From: Squalus acanthias | Taxonomy: Eukaryota | DNA length: 64,000 nt | Reading direction: 5' to 3' | Assembly (NCBI GenBank): GCA_030390025.1 | Contig: JASTWF010000579.1 | Location: forward strand, 124,001-188,000 | Shown: one piece after another, positions 27,810-39,766 of the stretch | How positions within the stretch are numbered: position 1 is the stretch's first letter | Layout of the letters: each line of letters begins with the position of its first letter | Position numbers and translations under genes: made by a program | Notes under the pieces: model-generated | Database searches by the model: none | The model's input: only the letters and a program-made list of their open reading frames with translations | Told to the model about the DNA's origin: nothing

Positions 27810-28672
27810 GTAAAACTCTGAACTCTTTCTAAATTTAACACGGGTGCAAAACTGGACAGTAGGTGCGATTCATTGTGCATTGGGGCTTTGGGTAATGGGC
27901 TCCATCACTAGTTTGGTTTGTGAGGCATGCTATCTTGTTTAATGTTTATTAAGTTACAAAGTGCATCTTCCTCCACTTCATTTAACACCTTTTTCTGCCA
28001 ATTGCATGGATTCCATTCTTAACACTTGGTGTAGATGTCTTGACTACTTCACCACAAAATGCACTAATTGAGGTTTAAATCTGCTGTTGGGCATTGTTAC
28101 CCCCCCCCCCCTTTTAATTTTTATTCTGTCCCATCTTTAGGTTTCCCCAGCGCTGAGTGCCTTCCCCAATCAAGGACACGGGCAGGCAGCCTGTGTCCGG
28201 CCACTGGTAAAAGCATGAAGTCAGCTTTCCTTCCGCTCCCCCAAGTGCCTTTGTCACCTTTCTCCCAAGAAAAAGGCCTGCAGCTCTCTAATGTCCTTCT
28301 GCTTCTGGTTGAGGTTGTGAACATAAATAAATCTACAAATATCCACACAGTTCTTTGTGTGCAGAATTAAAAGAGCAGCCCTGCAAGGCACACCATGGCA
28401 TATCACCGTACTGGGCTAGAGGCCGCCCTTCTGGCCAGGTGTTTAAAGAATCAACGCAATCTGTTTCTGTTCCTGCATGTCATTAACCTAATTGGATGTA
28501 CTCAGTAAATAATTTATAGAAAATACTACTCTGCCGTCCCAAGCCAAGACCAGCGCTGCTCAGAAACATTCGCAGCAGTTGGTTTCTAAAAGAGGGCGGG
28601 AGGGAAATCCAGACCACAATTTAAAGGCTTGATGCCTCTCAACAGTTATATTCAATGATCTGTTCTTTACAG

Positions 28673-28839
28673 GCCCCAAACCTATGCAAGATGGCTGGGG
28701 TGATGAGGAAGCATCGGTGCCAGGGACTCGTCACTCCAGCTGGGAGGAGGAGGAAGGGGAGTCGGTGATGTGGAACAGCAACATCTCGCAGGATAACAAC
28801 TCCTCTTCAAACTGGGCATCAAAAAAGATGGCTCAAAAG
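28673..28839 (+). CDS. TNRC6A: TNRC6A exon: GPKPMQDGW...WEEEE...KKMAQK
   Basis: tttacag| and AAG|gtagga, phase 1-0. Confidence 0.93.
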
Positions 28840-29588
28840 GTAGGAACTTTTGGCGACTGTGTTACTCGCACCAACACTACAAACTTCAGATGTACTGTGT
28901 GTGTGCTCGTGCCTCTATTTAAAGCACTCGCCTTCTAACCTTGCTCAAATCCTTCCATACTTGTTGGATTTTACAGAAACTACCAATGAGTAATGTTATA
29001 AACAGGTTCATGATGTCAGCTGTAACAAGTTAATTAATTCAGTGGCTATCAATTTAATATATCTGTGATTTAAAAATCCACTGCAAGTCCCAGTGTATTG
29101 CTGTAAATGATGCTGCACTGGAGTCCAATACAGTGATTTAATCAATTAACAGCCATGTTTTAAATGTTGGTTTGAGTAGCTGTCAGAGCCTGTTGTATTC
29201 AGTGCTTTGCTCCTGGCCCCTTACTGCTGGGATTGTATCCTTCAAACTGCAGTGCAACATGTTGGACCATCACTGCAAAGTGTCGCGCAGTGAACGACAT
29301 GTCCACCCGCCTCTTGAGTACCCAGCCTGATCTCAGTTACCCCCTCAGACACAGGTGTGTGACGCAGCGAGGGGAGACAGGTGAGAAAATTGTGAAGAAA
29401 AGCAGTGCACACTCAGTATTTCAAACTAAATTACTCTCTCGAGTAACATATAAGGTATGTGTGTGTGGTGAATGCCAATGTCACAAAGCATAATTTTTTT
29501 TCCAAGAAGGATTTGGATTTTGAATCTTTAGGTTTTGGTTTACTTGCTCCCAGTGTCACACACGTGATTAAATTTTCTTTTTTTTTAG

Positions 29589-29669
29589 GGCATGATGAAA
29601 GGGGGAAACAAACCAGATGATATGTGGATGAATCAATTAATGAAGCAATTCTCTAACATTGGATTTCCT
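29589..29669 (+). CDS. TNRC6A: TNRC6A exon: [27 protein letters not shown]
   Basis: ttttttag| and CCT|gtaagt, phase 0-0. Confidence 0.92.
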
Positions 29670-29676
29670 GTAAGTA

Positions 29677-29839
29677 NNNNNNNNNNNNNNNNNNNNNNNN
29701 NNNNNNNNNNNNNNNNNNNNNNNNNNNNNNNNNNNNNNNNNNNNNNNNNNNNNNNNNNNNNNNNNNNNNNNNNNNNNNNNNNNNNNNNNNNNNNNNNNNN
29801 NNNNNNNNNNNNNNNNNNNNNNNNNNNNNNNNNNNNNNN
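29677..29839. other. Assembly gap (163 N)
   Basis: N run. Confidence 1.
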
Positions 29840-30706
29840 GTGTGCAGACAAAATGCCTGACTGACTCTATGGGTTGGGCCCTTGTCCAGATCACTAATGG
29901 TCCAGGCCAGACAGAGTTGGAGAAAGATTGTTTTTCTCACAAGGACAGAGTGTTGGTCAGGAGTATGTGTTAGGGTGATGTCCTTTCTGTTCTGGGGCCT
30001 TGGTTCTAGCCTAGAGGAGGTGATCAAAAAGTGCCGCCTTTTACTGAAATGATTGATATCAGTCTTGTGCTGAGGTCGAGCCGCGGCACGAAAGTGCTTT
30101 GGAATTCCAAAGTGTTGGTGAAGGAAACAGGATTGAAGAACCTGATATCCCAGCAGGAGCTGTGTGTTGTGTCTCGCTCACGGTGGAGCTGAGCTACAAG
30201 TTCTTAAAGCTGGCACTGCTTGCTAATGCAATATGGAGTGTTAATTCCTAGCGATCACTGTTTGCTTTCTGCGCTTCACAGTTTGTCATTTTTTTTCCTT
30301 CATTTGAGGAGCTCTGCTCCTCTTTGGCTGGGATCCAGAATACTGCCACCTCTGTGCTACACACGGGTTTCACTTACACCCGAGTGAGGCGGTTCAGTGC
30401 CTGTTACCCAGCAGCGACAGGTAGCCATGTTTTCGAATAACATTCATTTACCCAACCCAAGATACTCAACTCAAAGTTGCCCTTTGCTGCCATTGACATT
30501 CACTCACCTGCTGTGCAATTTCCTGGCTGAAAAAGGCAAGAAAGGTGACCTGTTCTTAGACCTCAGCCCCACACCCTGAGGGTGGGACTGTACCTGGGAA
30601 TGGGAAAAATGGTGTCCTGGGCTTCCTACTGACTGTAATCCAGATGTGAATTTACTTGCATGCAGAGAAATTTGTGAATATTTAAGGTGGTTTCTGCATG
30701 TTACAG

Positions 30707-30755
30707 AGGGAGTCTGCTGAAGAAACAAAGAGCAATAAGATGGACATACCTGTTG
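30707..30755 (+). CDS. TNRC6A: TNRC6A 49-nt exon: RESAEETKSNKMDIPV
   Basis: ttacag| and GTTG|gtaagc, phase 0-1; matches the recalled human RDSPEENVQSNKMDLS. Confidence 0.9.
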
Positions 30756-30903
30756 GTAAGCTATTCTTGCATTTAACTAAAATTAGCATCCTCCACTCAC
30801 ATACAGCAATCTTCAGACCTGAATAGAACCTTTGTTAGCTGACCTCACTTAAACAAAAGTGAGCAAGTCCATTTAAACCTGCCTGAACCTTCCCGCTTTG
30901 CAG

Positions 30904-31046
30904 GTATGTTAAGAGATAAGAGAATGGAGATGGACAAGCACAGCATGAACATTGGAGAATATAATGGCATTATAGGGAAAGGACATGCTTCTCGTCCTCA
31001 GATTTCCAAAGAGTCTTCCATGGAACGCAATCCTTATTATGATAAG
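30904..31046 (+). CDS. TNRC6A: TNRC6A exon: [17 protein letters not shown]...ERNPYYDK
   Basis: tttgcag| and AAG|gttagt, phase 1-0. Confidence 0.93.
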
Positions 31047-31668
31047 GTTAGTACTCCCTGCAGTTCTGGCTGTGTGACAGAAACCGATGAATTGATGGGT
31101 GAGTTTTACCACCCCCAGCTAATTTTGTAGACATGAGTGGTACAACTGTGGGATGTGAGGTTGATTTGATTCTGGCCATGGGCCATCACTACTGTTTATT
31201 TGGATTCCACTCTGGAAGCAAGACCCCAGAGTAAATTAGAAACTTTGATAACTACTGACAGTAATTAAACTTAGACTCTTCATGTTTAATTGTGCATGTA
31301 TTCGCATATAAAACTAGGAATTTGAGGCACTGGGGTTTGAAAGTAGGAGGGATCATCTTGTACACACGCAATATTGTGATGTACTCAAAAATCATCATCA
31401 CCACCAGCTGCTAGCTCGAATGTTTTCCATCACGGCGTGGCTGTATTCACTTTGTACGCTGTATCTGGCAGTAGCCAACCTTTTTAATGTGACTTGTTTG
31501 TGCATTATGGAGTCCTTCTGTTGGTAGCAAGCCTTTTAACTCTGCTTGTAGACTTCAAATAGATGCTAACCCTTCGTCTTTTCTCTTGTTTCTGCCATGT
31601 CCTGCCTTTCTGCTGCTGCTGATGGGCTTTCCGTGTGTGCCTTTTCCAACCCCGCTTCCCCCGCCCAG

Positions 31669-31836
31669 CTGTCTCTGTCTCTGTCCAATCAAGATGGCAT
31701 TATAGCAGAAGAGCCCCAAAACTTGCCGTATATGTCCACACCAAGCATGAAGCTTCCCCCTTCAAATGGTGCACTACCTAATCAGGCCCTTGGCTCAGTG
31801 GGGCTGGGCATGCAAAACTTGAATTCTGTTAGACAG
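31669..31836 (+). CDS. TNRC6A: TNRC6A exon: [15 protein letters not shown]...QNLNSVRQ
   Basis: cccag| and CAG|gtgagt, phase 0-0; the acceptor is the first AG after a long AG-free tract. Confidence 0.85.
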
Positions 31837-31971
31837 GTGAGTGTGTTCACAGCCTTCCATGTGCAGGGAGTCAGCTCTACTGTGTCGAGAGACAACATCG
31901 TTTCAGTGAAATATTCAGGATTGTTCGAAACTTTCTGCCCTTCCTCACTTGCTTCATTGTTTCTCTTGCCC

Positions 31972-32449
31972 CTTCCCACCCTTACCCCAATTATCTTCCA
32001 ACCCTTACCCCAATTATCTTCCCACCCTTACCCCAATTATCTTCCCACCCTTACCCCAATTATCTTCCCACCCTTACCCCAATTATCTTCCCACCCTTAC
32101 CCCAATTATCTTCCCACCCTTACCCCAATTATCTTCCCACCCTTACCCCAATTATCTTCCCACCCTTACCCCAATTATCTTCCCACCCTATCCCAATTAT
32201 CTTCCCACCCTATCCCAATTATCATCCCACCCTATCCCAATTATCATCCCACCCTATCCCAATTATCATCCCACCCTATCCCAATTATCATCCCACCCTA
32301 TCCCAATTATCATCCCACCCTATCCCAATTATCATCCCACCCTATCCCAATTATCATCCCACCCTATCCCAATTATCATCCCACCCTATCCCAATTATCA
32401 TCCCACCCTCCCCCAATTATCTTTCCACCCTCCCCCAATTATCTTCCCA
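31972..32449. repeat. Intronic minisatellite: 23-bp cttcccacccttaccccaattat grading into 22-bp catcccaccctatcccaattat
   Basis: Direct inspection, ~21 units. Confidence 0.95.
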
Positions 32450-33766
32450 CTCCAAAGACAGGCAGGTAATGTCTATTGTCGCTGCTTTGAGCTGTGTGCT
32501 TGCAGGTTGGAATCAAGGGCTATGAGGGTCGGGCAGGAAAGTGGCGTTGAGGTGTGAGATCAGCCATGATCTTATTGAATGGCGGAGCGGGCTTGAGAGG
32601 CCGTTTGGCCTCCTCCTGCTCCTAATTCTTTTGTGTGGCCTCCCAACTATTCCCTTTTCATACTGAAGCTCTTGTAATCTCAGCTCTGTTCTGGCACTTT
32701 CTCCCTGACTTGATTGAGATTATAAACTCGTGAGAAATGATGGCACAAACCAGCAGCTTGTCCACAGAATCGTAGAACTTTACAGCACAGAAAGAGGCTA
32801 TTCTACCCATTTCTGTTGTGTCAGCTCACTGAAAGAGCTACCTTCTTAATCCCATTCCCCTGCCCTTTCCACACACCCTGTTAAATTTTTATTTAAATAT
32901 TTATCCACTTCCCTTTTAGCAGCTATTATGGATCCCACCACTGTTTCTCTTCAGAGCACACTGGTGCAATGATGTATCATGCACCCAACATCAAATAGTT
33001 ACCAGATCCACTGTACTTTGCAGATCCTATGGTACAGATCATTTCGGGAAGTCTGTCGGAGCATCTAGCAGCTGTAGATGAGCAGTGCGGGTCCTGATCG
33101 ATTTGTAAAATATTCTACAGGAAGAATCTATCACTGGGCTAGTTGAGCACAACACCTCCACTCACCTGAATATTAAAACTGCCCACATGCTCATGGTTAG
33201 GGAAGTGCTGGTGATGAGAGTAATATACAGTCCTTGTGTAAGAGGGGAGGGGTTCTGACCTGTCTGAGGGATCCCAGCCGGGAATGGGTTTTTATCTCGT
33301 CAGAGTGGCTGCAGGGTAGGTTTATTGGTGTAGTTCCCCGTCCCCTGCCTCACCACCATCACAGTTAAGTTAAAGTTGAAAAGAAATGAATTGAAATCAC
33401 TTCCCTAATGCATTTTGCATTTGTAATTATTGCAGAAACTGAAGCGATGAGGGGTTGGTTGGTTGAACGAACCGTCACACTGCAAATAGAAATGCGGGAA
33501 CGGGTGGGGTTCATTTTTAAAAAGGAGCGGCCTAAGGGAAGAGGAGGCCATGGTTTAGTTTAATTCGGAATGAAACCGAGCAGGGAATTGTCAGCGCTGG
33601 AACTATTGAAGTGAAACCTGTTGAATGTCCATAGTTGAGTGTACTGTTATCTCTTGTCTTTCCCCTACACTGGCTCTGTCTGTCTGCGGGTCTGTGCACT
33701 ATGAAGCTGGGATGTGTTTAAAATGGCGGATCTTTGCTCTGATGCTGCTTGTGCTCTCGTTCACAG

Positions 33767-33904
33767 AATGGCAATCCGAATATATTTGGCGGCAGCAATG
33801 CAGCAGCACAAGCCAGGGGCATGCAACAGCCTCCAGCACAACCTCTTAACTCATCTCAGCCTAATCTCCGCGCTCAAGTGCCTCCTCCATTATTATCCCC
33901 TCAG
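33767..33904 (+). CDS. TNRC6A: TNRC6A exon: NGNPNIFGG...[13 protein letters not shown]
   Basis: tcacag| and CAG|gtacac, phase 0-0. Confidence 0.93.
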
Positions 33905-34844
33905 GTACACAAACGTCGATGTGATTTCCTTTGCTGTTTTCAGGGTTTTTCCCCTCTTTTGTTCCATTGAGTTAATCGGAAGCAACAAGCGTTTGGCCAC
34001 TTGCCAAATTTTCAAATTACTTCCCGAGCAAGGGTCCCTAATTAGTTGTTTTCTTTGTTACAAGTAAGGTGGTTTGATGTCCCATTGCAACTTGTTTTAA
34101 ATCATGGGGGGGGGGGACATCCCTAAATGGCTGAGGAACAATGCAAAAAGTGCCTCGCCCCTTTATGTTTATCACCCAGTATATGTTTTTTAATGGTGGT
34201 GACGTGGTAGTGGGTGACTTCATGTGTTTAAAGTGTCTCTCCGCTAGTGTGGCTCTAACTCTGGGATGGAGAGTCTACTGAATGGGGACTGTTGCCTGTT
34301 TTGGAATGCAGTACCTTCCCTGTGGTATCCCCAAAATGCCCAGATTTTCTGAAGTACCGGTGTGTATACCACAGCAATAGAAAACATCCTCCACAAAAGA
34401 GAAGGTGGATTTCTGGTTGCTGGTGACTGTTGTTTTGGGGAGATGCTGTGCCACCCTCCCCTTGATGGGAAAGGCTGACTGGCTGTGGGTGTGCCAGTGT
34501 CTGGGCTGTGTAATAATAAGCGGGTTCATGCCCAAGTCTCACCATGTGGCAATGTCACAATATCTGCACAGTGCCTGGGGGGAGGGTACAAGTCACTCCA
34601 GCGCGCGCTCACTAGTGTGGAGGGGAGGGGATGGGGAGCTGTGGGGATGATTTGTCTTTTGAAATATGATATTGATCTCTCAATCATGCATATTGCAGAT
34701 TTTTGTTTTACTTATTGCAAGCTTCCAAATACCTGGCGAAGTTAGTTGTGGTCTGGCTGCCAGTTAATAACCAGTCAGACTGACTGAATGTTAAAAAAAT
34801 GTTTCAATCCTCGTGGCCCGTTTTAAAATTCTCTTCTCTTAAAG

Positions 34845-34991
34845 GTTCCAGCATCATTACTGAAGTATGCAACAGCCAACGGGAGCCTAAACACTGCACT
34901 ATTGAATTTTGGCCCCCAGCAGGTAGCCATGCTGAACCAGCTCTCCCAGTTGAACCAGCTTACTCAACTTTCACAGATCTCCCAGCTACAG
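34845..34991 (+). CDS. TNRC6A: TNRC6A exon: VPASLLKY...[15 protein letters not shown]...QLQ (Q-rich/M domain)
   Basis: cttaaag| and CAG|gtacag, phase 0-0. Confidence 0.92.
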
Positions 34992-36281
34992 GTACAGCAA
35001 CAGCTTGTTTATTTGAACCGTCTGTATATGAGTAGCATGTGTGTACTCCCCCCACTGACTGTGCTCATCCGAAGAGTAGCTGTGCTATAAGATCTCAAGT
35101 TTTATCCCTGATCTGTGCTGGGTTAGCTGTTCTGTCAGGGTTGTGGTGCGGGTGCTGCAATTGGTCTTCGTGTCCTGGGTTAGTCCGGGTTCCTTCTGCT
35201 GATCGCTATCAATAATCCCTGCTGGAAACTGTGCTCGTGGTGTTGGGTGAGGGCAGGGCCCACCACGCTGCAGTGCCATCTGAGGTCGAATTGCCTGCTG
35301 ACACTCAAATAAGGTATCAGCGTACAGCCCAGGGTTTGTGGAGTTGGATATCGGGGCAAAGAGGTGATTGAAGGACAAGGTAAAGCAGAAGTGTCTGCCA
35401 GCTCAGCATTCCCTACACCAGCCTAAAGCATTCAGCGGCATTTATTGTCAATGGAGGGTGAGGTGCCTGAGCTGAGTTCAGCTTATTCTCAGAACAAACT
35501 TGCAGCGCAGTCTGGTCTATTCCTTGGAGAGGGCACCCTTGCCTCCCCCACTCCTCCCAAACACCTCCCCAAAATAATAGCTGCAAGGCACGTTGAACAG
35601 GTGGCAAATTGTCCTGTGACGGGCAATTATTCAATCCACCTACCATTGGAAAAAGGTGGCAAGCAGATGCCAGGTACTTCCCAGGCAGGAGTGATGTCTC
35701 TGCCCCTGTCCCCCGGGGCTGTGAGGTGCCACTGCCTCATCCCTGTGTGAATCAGACTGGGGACTGAGCAGATTGGGGAGACTGAACTTTTTGCCTATCC
35801 CTGTAATGCTGAGGTTCAGTGCTTAAACCATCATTAAAAGCAAAAGAGAAAGGTACTTGCATCTAATGCTGACAAGCCCAGTGCAGAGTTAAGAAGAAAA
35901 TATCCTTTCAGATGTGCAAACTTTGAGTAGACACTGAACCAGGGTCCTGGTGGACAACAGTTTCCCCTATGGTAACTGTCTGGCCCCAGGGTCACGTCCA
36001 TCGAGAAAGTCCTCTAACCAAAATAACCTAAAATCTCATTCTACACCCAATCCCCTTCACCAGCTTCTTCAGTTCCAACACAGACAAGGCGTCCTGTCCC
36101 ACTGGATAATCTCCTACCTACCCAGAGTCCCAGTGTAAAACAACCTAAATATCTTCAAATGGGTCAAAGCTGTAGAATGTTCAGCCTCCCTCGAGGTCCA
36201 AGTTCCTGATGTCCAGTGTGGGATTAGTTAGAGCCGTTGATTGTTCCATTTTACATTTTTACTGTTCTTTCTTAATATTAG

Positions 36282-36356
36282 CGACTGCTGCTTCAGCAAC
36301 AGAAGGCACAGAATCAGAGGAATGTGCCTGGACCCATGCGTCAGTCTCAAGAACAG
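36282..36356 (+). CDS. TNRC6A: TNRC6A exon: RLLLQQQKAQNQRNVPGPMRQSQEQ
   Basis: atattag| and CAG|gtaacg, phase 0-0. Confidence 0.9.
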
Positions 36357-37067
36357 GTAACGTCTGTTGCAATATCCTCTATAGAGCGTGAGAACTCTCG
36401 AGATAGCGATAGGTGTAAACTGTGACTGACTCAATCTACCATTGATTTCAGTAAAACAATGACTCAAATTGGGATTAAATGTGGAATTGTTCTGTGTCCT
36501 GGTCAAACATGAGCTCAATGTCCTGGTGTATAAACTCTGGTGTGTACCCTGCCACTATCTGTATAAACTCGTGTCGCAGGGGTGGCGGCTGCACCGGTGC
36601 TGTATCGGAGGGAGGCCGGTCTCCTGATCCTGTGCTAGTGTGGGTATGGAGGGGGTACGGCGTCACACTATCCAGATCCTGTGTGTTGGGGGCACTGTAA
36701 TGGATCCTGGTAACGCTGTGCGTGGTGCTGCCCTGAAACTTTACTTTCAGTTTTAACGCAAACCATGTTGGTGGTCTCCTTTCAATGAGCCGGGCTTGAA
36801 TGCCCCACCATCATTGTCTGTTCAGTTCACCATCTCTCCCAGAAGCACTGTTTATTTACAAAGTGGCAGCAACTTAGTTCTGACAATGAAATAAAATCCT
36901 TCTACAACCCGGAAATGTTTTAAATCACTGTGGATTTGAGAATGTTAAATCTTGTGTTGCTGAAATTTAATGTGGGGCAGGGCGAACAGTGACTCCCAAT
37001 AAATGTTAACTCGGCCATGGAATATATTGCTACTAAACGTGTGTTTTTTCCCTCCCTGCATGTTCAG

Positions 37068-37275
37068 GCTGCTCGTGTGCTCAACATGCAACAGATGCTG
37101 CAACACCCCCGTCAACTGGATACAAGCCTTCTGAAGCAGCAGCCTCCGTCACAGCAGCAGCCAATGCATCAGCCCTCCATGAAGCCCTTCCCGGAGAATC
37201 TCATGCCCCCCACCCCTCATGAGCTGCAGACTAAAGAGCCGCCTTCGCTCAACTCGTACAGCAGCTACCCTTTAG
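37068..37275 (+). CDS. TNRC6A: TNRC6A exon: AARVLNMQQMLQHPRQLD...SSYPL
   Basis: gttcag| and TTAG|gtgggt, phase 0-1; a possible downstream donor at 37509 is discussed in findings. Confidence 0.88.
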
Positions 37276-38116
37276 GTGGGTTTCCCCAACCCAGTCCAGG
37301 GCAGTCTGATCCCACGGTGCCACAAGCTGCTCACCTTCCCCACATGCCCTTACACTACCCCATGCCTAAAATGTTTCTTCCTGACAACAGCCCTAACCAC
37401 AGCCTCCTCAGCCCCCCACTGTGTAATGCAAACAACCACATGCCAGGCTCACCCATCCATCAGCATGCTGGGAGGAAGCCTGCTACTCAAGAAAGGTCTA
37501 TGTCAAGAGGTGAATAATCTGTTTGTATAATCTTTGGTCTACAAATGTACCCCAGGGTGAAACTGAAGGCACCCCATTGAGTTGGGGCCAAGTTTTTCCC
37601 TTTGACACTTAGCCAGGTACTGGGCTAGCGACACACAGGTCATGACTTCACATCCCACCATGGGCATGTGGTGGAATTGATGTCAATAAATCTGGTCATT
37701 TGGGGGCTGGCGGCGGGGGAGGGGGTGAAATGACAGCAAAAAGCTGCCGGATTGTCCTAAAAACTCTCTGTCCGTCAGGGAACGAAATCGGCCACAGCCA
37801 CTTGGTCTGACCGACACGTGACTCTAGTCCCACACTCTCTGGTCGACAGGCTCTGCTGTGAGGCTCTCCAGCGTAGAATGGCCTGCTGACACTCAGTCGT
37901 CACACTCAAAAAGATGAGCGAGGTACCAGAGAGCTGCTGTAGTCTGTGGGACTATCGGAACAAGTCCGTGTCACTGGAGAGGAGGAGGGAGGATGTATTC
38001 CATGTGTGATTTTGTTACGTGGTCTGGGGAGTTGCAGTGTGAACAATTCCGTCTTACGGTTGCGTGTATGGCTCTGTCTTTTTTGCCTCCAACACAGAAT
38101 TGATTTGTTTCCTTAG

Positions 38117-38266
38117 GCTTGAATCCAAACTTGAATGTACCCCTGGATTTCGGCAGTATTGTTAACCTGAAAGAGCCACAATCCCAACAGTCCCGACTGA
38201 AGCAATGGACTGCCTCGGAGAACCTTCCTGTTAATTCCTCTCTAGATCAAAACTCCAGCAAACATG
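38117..38266 (+). CDS. TNRC6A: TNRC6A exon: GLNPNLNV...QSRLKQWT (CIM-1 region)...DQNSSKH
   Basis: ccttag| and CATG|gtaagg, phase 1-1. Confidence 0.93.
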
Positions 38267-38489
38267 GTAAGGCACCAGTGACTCCCTGACTGATATACAG
38301 GCAGATTATTAATGGTAGGCCCTCAGTCATTTGACTAGTCTGCAGAAAGTGTCTCGGGATCATGGGGATCTTGTGTCTTGGGATAGGGTCACTATCGATG
38401 TTTGAACTGTCATCTCAGAATTGTTTTTGCACTGGTTTATGGTAAAATTTGAAACCAAGCATGTGTTTTTTTTTTCTTTCTTTCCCCAG

Positions 38490-38666
38490 GTGCTACTTCA
38501 AGTGGTCTTAGTATTTGTTCTGGCAAGTTGCTTGAAGAATCTCCTTTTGGTCACTTTGACATTTCCATGAACTCTCTGGCCAGTCCTCCTGGATCTGTTG
38601 GAGATGGCTGGCCAAGTGCCAAATCACCCAGTGATAAGCTCTCTAGCAATGTTAATTGGCCACCAG
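38490..38666 (+). CDS. TNRC6A: TNRC6A exon: ...EESPF...[17 protein letters not shown]...NVNWPP
   Basis: ttccccag| and CCAG|gtaaga, phase 1-1. Confidence 0.93.
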
Positions 38667-39766
38667 GTAAGAAATTGTGCACTTGGTAAGATTGAAGCCC
38701 ATGTTAGATGCAGGATTCTAAAACCAGGAGCCTCATGTGACTCCCAAGTCCAATTTCAGGATGCAGGGTGTCCGTGAAAAGTAAATGCAATAATCTCCCT
38801 CAAGGATACTTTTAATGTATGGGGACATCTTGTGGCACAAGGCACTACTGCACTGTGCTAGCTATTTGTGTGTATGGCAATTTGAACACCATGCATCCTT
38901 TCTGTAGCGCTCAGCTGCAATATCAAATGTCTACTAGACACTTGGGGCCTGCAACTTGATCTCATTAGGATTTAATTGTGTGTACATTTTCAAATGAGCA
39001 GTCACATTTTATTTAATTCCCAATATATGTCAACTTGCTACGGCCTGATGTTTATGGGATATGTTAAGTTTTTATGGCAGAGGACTTGGAGGTGAGTCAG
39101 TGGGACAGAACATATTGTCTGTTGTCGGGCTTTGCTGGTTCCTCGCACAAAAGGGAGTGGGGAGATTAGCTTGGCGTGTTGGCCAGTGTCGTCACTAGTG
39201 TTTGGTTGCTAGTTAAACTTGCCACATTGATAAAACCACACACAGCAGAGCAAGTTTCCACCATCGTTGATGCACAGGCCCACTTGGAAGTCCAGCCAAT
39301 TGCACGGAGGCTCTTAACGCAACAAATACTCTAATAGCAAGACGTGACGGACAACGGCAGAAGAGCAGGTGTAATAGAACCATAGAGGTTTACGATGCAG
39401 GAGAGGGCCATTCGGCCCATCATATCTGCCGACTCAGGTTTCTGATGCAAGGTTCTACCTGAAATGTTAATCTGCCTATTTCAGATGCAAACTGACCAGC
39501 GAGTTTCTAGTTTGTTTTCCTTCAATTTAACTTCCAGAATTCACAGTTGTTAACCTCCATTGTGTGGATTACATCATTTTCCATTGTTTTAAAGTTCCTA
39601 CTCCACAGGGTTCATTGAGCCCCAGGATTTCCTGTGGCTGTCAAGGGATCATAGGGTTTCTTTTATACAGTCACGCGTCTTGTGTTGTAGGATAGAGTAC
39701 AGCTGTAGCAGGTGCTTGCAATTCACTCTGTAAAGGAGTGGAGTGATTCTTTTGGAGTGACATTGT

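Noticed and set aside
29349-29380. Possible micro-exon ending GACAG|gtgaga
   Set aside because: 32 nt, breaks the phase 0-0 frame and has no NLS-like content
31837-32557. 290-aa and 202-aa Pro-rich ORFs
   Set aside because: Translation of the minisatellite after the donor at 31836
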